Origin: Perna viridis
Lineage: Eukaryota
Assembly: GCA_037379345.1 (NCBI GenBank)
Contig: CM074525.1
Span: 3,977,170-4,041,169 of the forward strand
Length of the DNA: 64,000 bases
Reading direction: 5' to 3'
Shown one piece after another: positions 61,701-64,000 of the stretch (its first letter is position 1; the number at the start of each line of letters is the position of its first letter). Under the pieces are notes generated by a model. It was not told the DNA's origin. It ran no database searches and saw only the letters and a list, made by a program, of their open reading frames with translations. A program made the position numbers and the translations under genes.

Positions 61701-64000
61701 AGAATACTTTCTGAACCTTTGTACCAAAAGTTATATATGCATCTTACATAACATGATCATTGTTTTTAACTTAAGTTTATGTTATTACAGGCCAGTAATG
61801 CCCAGGATGCCTTGGCTAAGCACATTTATGCCAAGATGTTTGAATGGATTGTAGAGAAAGTCAACCTCTCATTACACAGTACAATAAAACAACATAGGTT
61901 TATTGGAGTACTGGATATCTATGGGTAAGTAGTAGGTTTATTGGAGTACTGGATATCTATGGGTAGGTAGTGCAAAAAAGTGATCAACTTTCCTCCTATG
62001 TCTAGTTAAGGCAGAAGATAAATACACACTATCACATGATAAAACTCCTTTCAGAAGAAGTCCAGTGTGAAACTCCAGAATGAACAGTTAAGTAGTAGTC
62101 TTGGTAAGAATCGTGCAAATTCTGTATTATGTGATGCACCCAAAAAAGATTACACATTTTTATTTTTTTTAATTAAGTTGCATTTTAGGTCTATGTGATG
62201 AATGTATGATTATTCATTCCAAAATGTCTGCTCTTAGGAGATAAATGACAATAAAATCCAATGGTATTGTATTTTATTGTCATTTATCTCCCTTAATTTT
62301 GAATTCTACAGTACATTCTATATAATTTGCGTTATCTCCCAAGAACAAGGATTATATATAAGCCACATGTTATTTCTGTTTACTATAACATTGTAAACAA
62401 AATATTCAAAATAAAAATATGTTGGCTTTCCAACTATAAATCACATTTTGCATGACTTTTATCTCGAGTGCTTCTTTAACTACTAACTCAGTACTACTAG
62501 CATATACATCTATTCAGTAAATTATTGTGTAGATTTATTTTGAAATGAGTTCAGAATACCATAAATCCAAGATTTTCACAAATTAAGACAACACATTGGT
62601 ACAGCATATTACTTGTACATGTATAGTAATTCTATTTCCGTTGCTCTTCTTAAATGAATATCCTATTTTTGGTCAATGATAAAAATTACATTAGCAAAAA
62701 TTTCTGTGATTTTTTTGTAAAGCTATGTTTACCAACAGATTACATGTATTTCCATGTATTACATGTTTTTTTATTTTATTTCAGGTTTGAAACATTTGAA
62801 GTGAACAGCTTTGAGCAGTTTTGTATCAACTATGCAAATGAAAAACTACAGCAAATTTTTAACATGGTAAGTATTATAATAACTACAAAGTAGTGCATGA
62901 AATATCTGCTTATAAACATAAAACAACATACAATAAAGAGGTGTCCATGCAAAAAAATCCAGGAGTGGATGTCATATGACAAATTTTGTTTTAAAAAAAT
63001 TGAATCCATTTCATATCACAAATGGCTCCATTCTCAAGTTGAATGTTGGGTTTTGTTTAAATGCAACGATTTTAGAGATATGAATTACATAGAAAGCTTT
63101 GAAATTCATTGAAAAAGGGAGATAACTCTTTATTTTGGTGAAAAATTTGGTTGCTTTGTTAGGGAACTTTTTGAGCCATCCAATGTAGATTTAAAAAAAA
63201 CTTATCTATTGTATAATATAACATTATATTTGAACCCAAAATTCAGAGGGAAAATTATGTTGTGTCTCCCATATCATTTGATTTGCCTCATTTTTTACAT
63301 GGACAATGAAACTTTTAAATAAAGTCATAAAGCTGAAAGGTCTCATCAAGTACCAATCAAGTATTTTCAGTTTTAATTTGTCAACTACAGCTTAAAAAAA
63401 ATTTCAATTTGTAACTAAAATCCAATTTCACTGTGACAATTTCTCATTTAAATCTCCCTTGAATGATGAAACACAATGTTTCCCTATATTACAATGATAA
63501 TAGGTGTCTTTTTCATAGGTTTGAGATGTATTTGTTCTAACAAGAATTGAGTTAATCTGTTAAGGTATTCAGTGATACATTCAAATAAAACAGTAGAAAT
63601 TTATGAGTGTGGCAAAATCTCCTGCTCCAGAAGGTTAGCTGCAGATTGCTAAATATTTTATTAAATATTAGAAGGCTGCCGCCAAAAACAAGAGACTTTA
63701 GTCCTTGTAAACACCTGTCAGGAGGGGATAATGAAGTGATATCTGTGTAAATTATGCATTTTGTAAGTTTGATACAGGCAGATGAAGGCAGGGAGACATC
63801 AGTGAAAGATTCTGTTTGTCATCTGCCTATTAAATCACTCCCTATGAAAAATAATAATAATTATGTAACTCGTGAAAGCGTAAGATTTAGGTACATCCAA
63901 GGCTTGTTTGTATTTTCAGCATGTATTTAAACTTGAACAAGAAGAATATGTGAAGGAAGCAATTGAGTGGTCATTTATTGATTTCTATGACAACCAACCA
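43743..64000 (+). CDS. myo5: Unconventional myosin V heavy chain, N-terminal part of the motor domain (14 exons; runs off the window)
   Basis: GT-AG exons in consistent phase: 43743-43769 (MTANELYVK), 48784-48891 (GARVWIPD), 53254-53365 ([25 protein letters not shown]), 53955-54011, 54882-55026 ([19 protein letters not shown]), 55743-55899 (P-loop GESGAGKT), 56805-56935 (switch [10 protein letters not shown]), 57480-57574 ([11 protein letters not shown]), 58751-58858, 59780-59886, 60595-60726, 61791-61924 (GVLDIYG), 62785-62866 ([21 protein letters not shown]), 63920-64000 ([10 protein letters not shown]). Confidence 0.95.
52405..52631 (+). mobile_element. MITE with terminal inverted repeats (Kolobok-like TTAA/AGG ends), intronic copy 1
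   Basis: AAGGGACACAACTCTT ... AAGAGTTATGTCCCTT inverted repeats; ends TTAAAGGAGG and CCTCCTTCAA. Related copies at 56166-56383 (inverted) and 60332-60477 (partial). Confidence 0.65.
53670..53694. repeat. (TA)n microsatellite
   Basis: About 12 TA units. Confidence 0.9.
56166..56383 (-). mobile_element. MITE, intronic copy 2 (inverted relative to 52405-52631)
   Basis: Reverse-complement match, e.g. AATCAATCCAAGTTACTTTGATGCTTACA and AAGAGTTGTGTCCCTTACCATAAGG. Confidence 0.65.
57356..57525 (+). repeat. 59-60 bp tandem repeat x3 of the splice acceptor plus start of myosin exon 8
   Basis: TTCAG|AGTTGTGTATCAGGCAA..TTTTAC begins at 57361, 57420 and 57480. Confidence 0.92.
60332..60477 (+). mobile_element. 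MITE, partial intronic copy 3
   Basis: TTAAGGAGGTAGACCTTACGTAAGGGACACAATTCTTACAAATC..GTAAGCATCAAAGTGACTTGGA..AAGCTTGATAGGCTTTGGT. Confidence 0.65.
60676..61476 (+). repeat. ~53-bp tandem repeat x15 of the 3' end of myosin exon 11 plus the donor GT
   Basis: Unit AAATACACTACTGTTGGTGAAGTAATCACAAAACCACTTACTGCTGAACAGGT; the first copy is coding ([17 protein letters not shown]). Confidence 0.95.
61895..61970 (+). repeat. 38-bp tandem duplication of the end of myosin exon 12 plus its donor site
   Basis: TAGGTTTATTGGAGTACTGGATATCTATGG|GTA(A/G)GTAG occurs twice. Confidence 0.93.

Overview
Eukaryotic, AT-rich, intron-containing DNA; the repeat content suggests a bivalve mollusc (inference only). Bases ~105-36080 are a homogeneous tandem array of a ~1.23-kb unit carrying a divergent pair of tRNA genes, tRNA-Gly(GCC) on - and tRNA-Glu(TTC) on +. 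There are 18 Glu genes, 17 intact Gly genes and 3 interrupted Gly genes. All three interruptions are L1/Tx1-type non-LTR retrotransposons inserted in the same orientation at essentially the same nucleotide of the tRNA-Gly D-arm. They are an intact family A element (2773-8672), a 5'-truncated family A copy (11630-12659) and an intact, highly diverged family B element (27456-34051). The family B 5' junction duplicates 55-56 bp and regenerates a complete tRNA-Gly gene that has lost its terminator. Bases 1-104 look like the 5' end of a third related element. After the array come a decayed Penelope-like RT, a piggyBac-type Cys-rich domain fragment, a 33-bp minisatellite, an 81-bp hairpin and the first 14 coding exons of a myosin V gene (43743 to window end). 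Four of the myosin exon boundaries have been tandemly duplicated into the adjacent introns.
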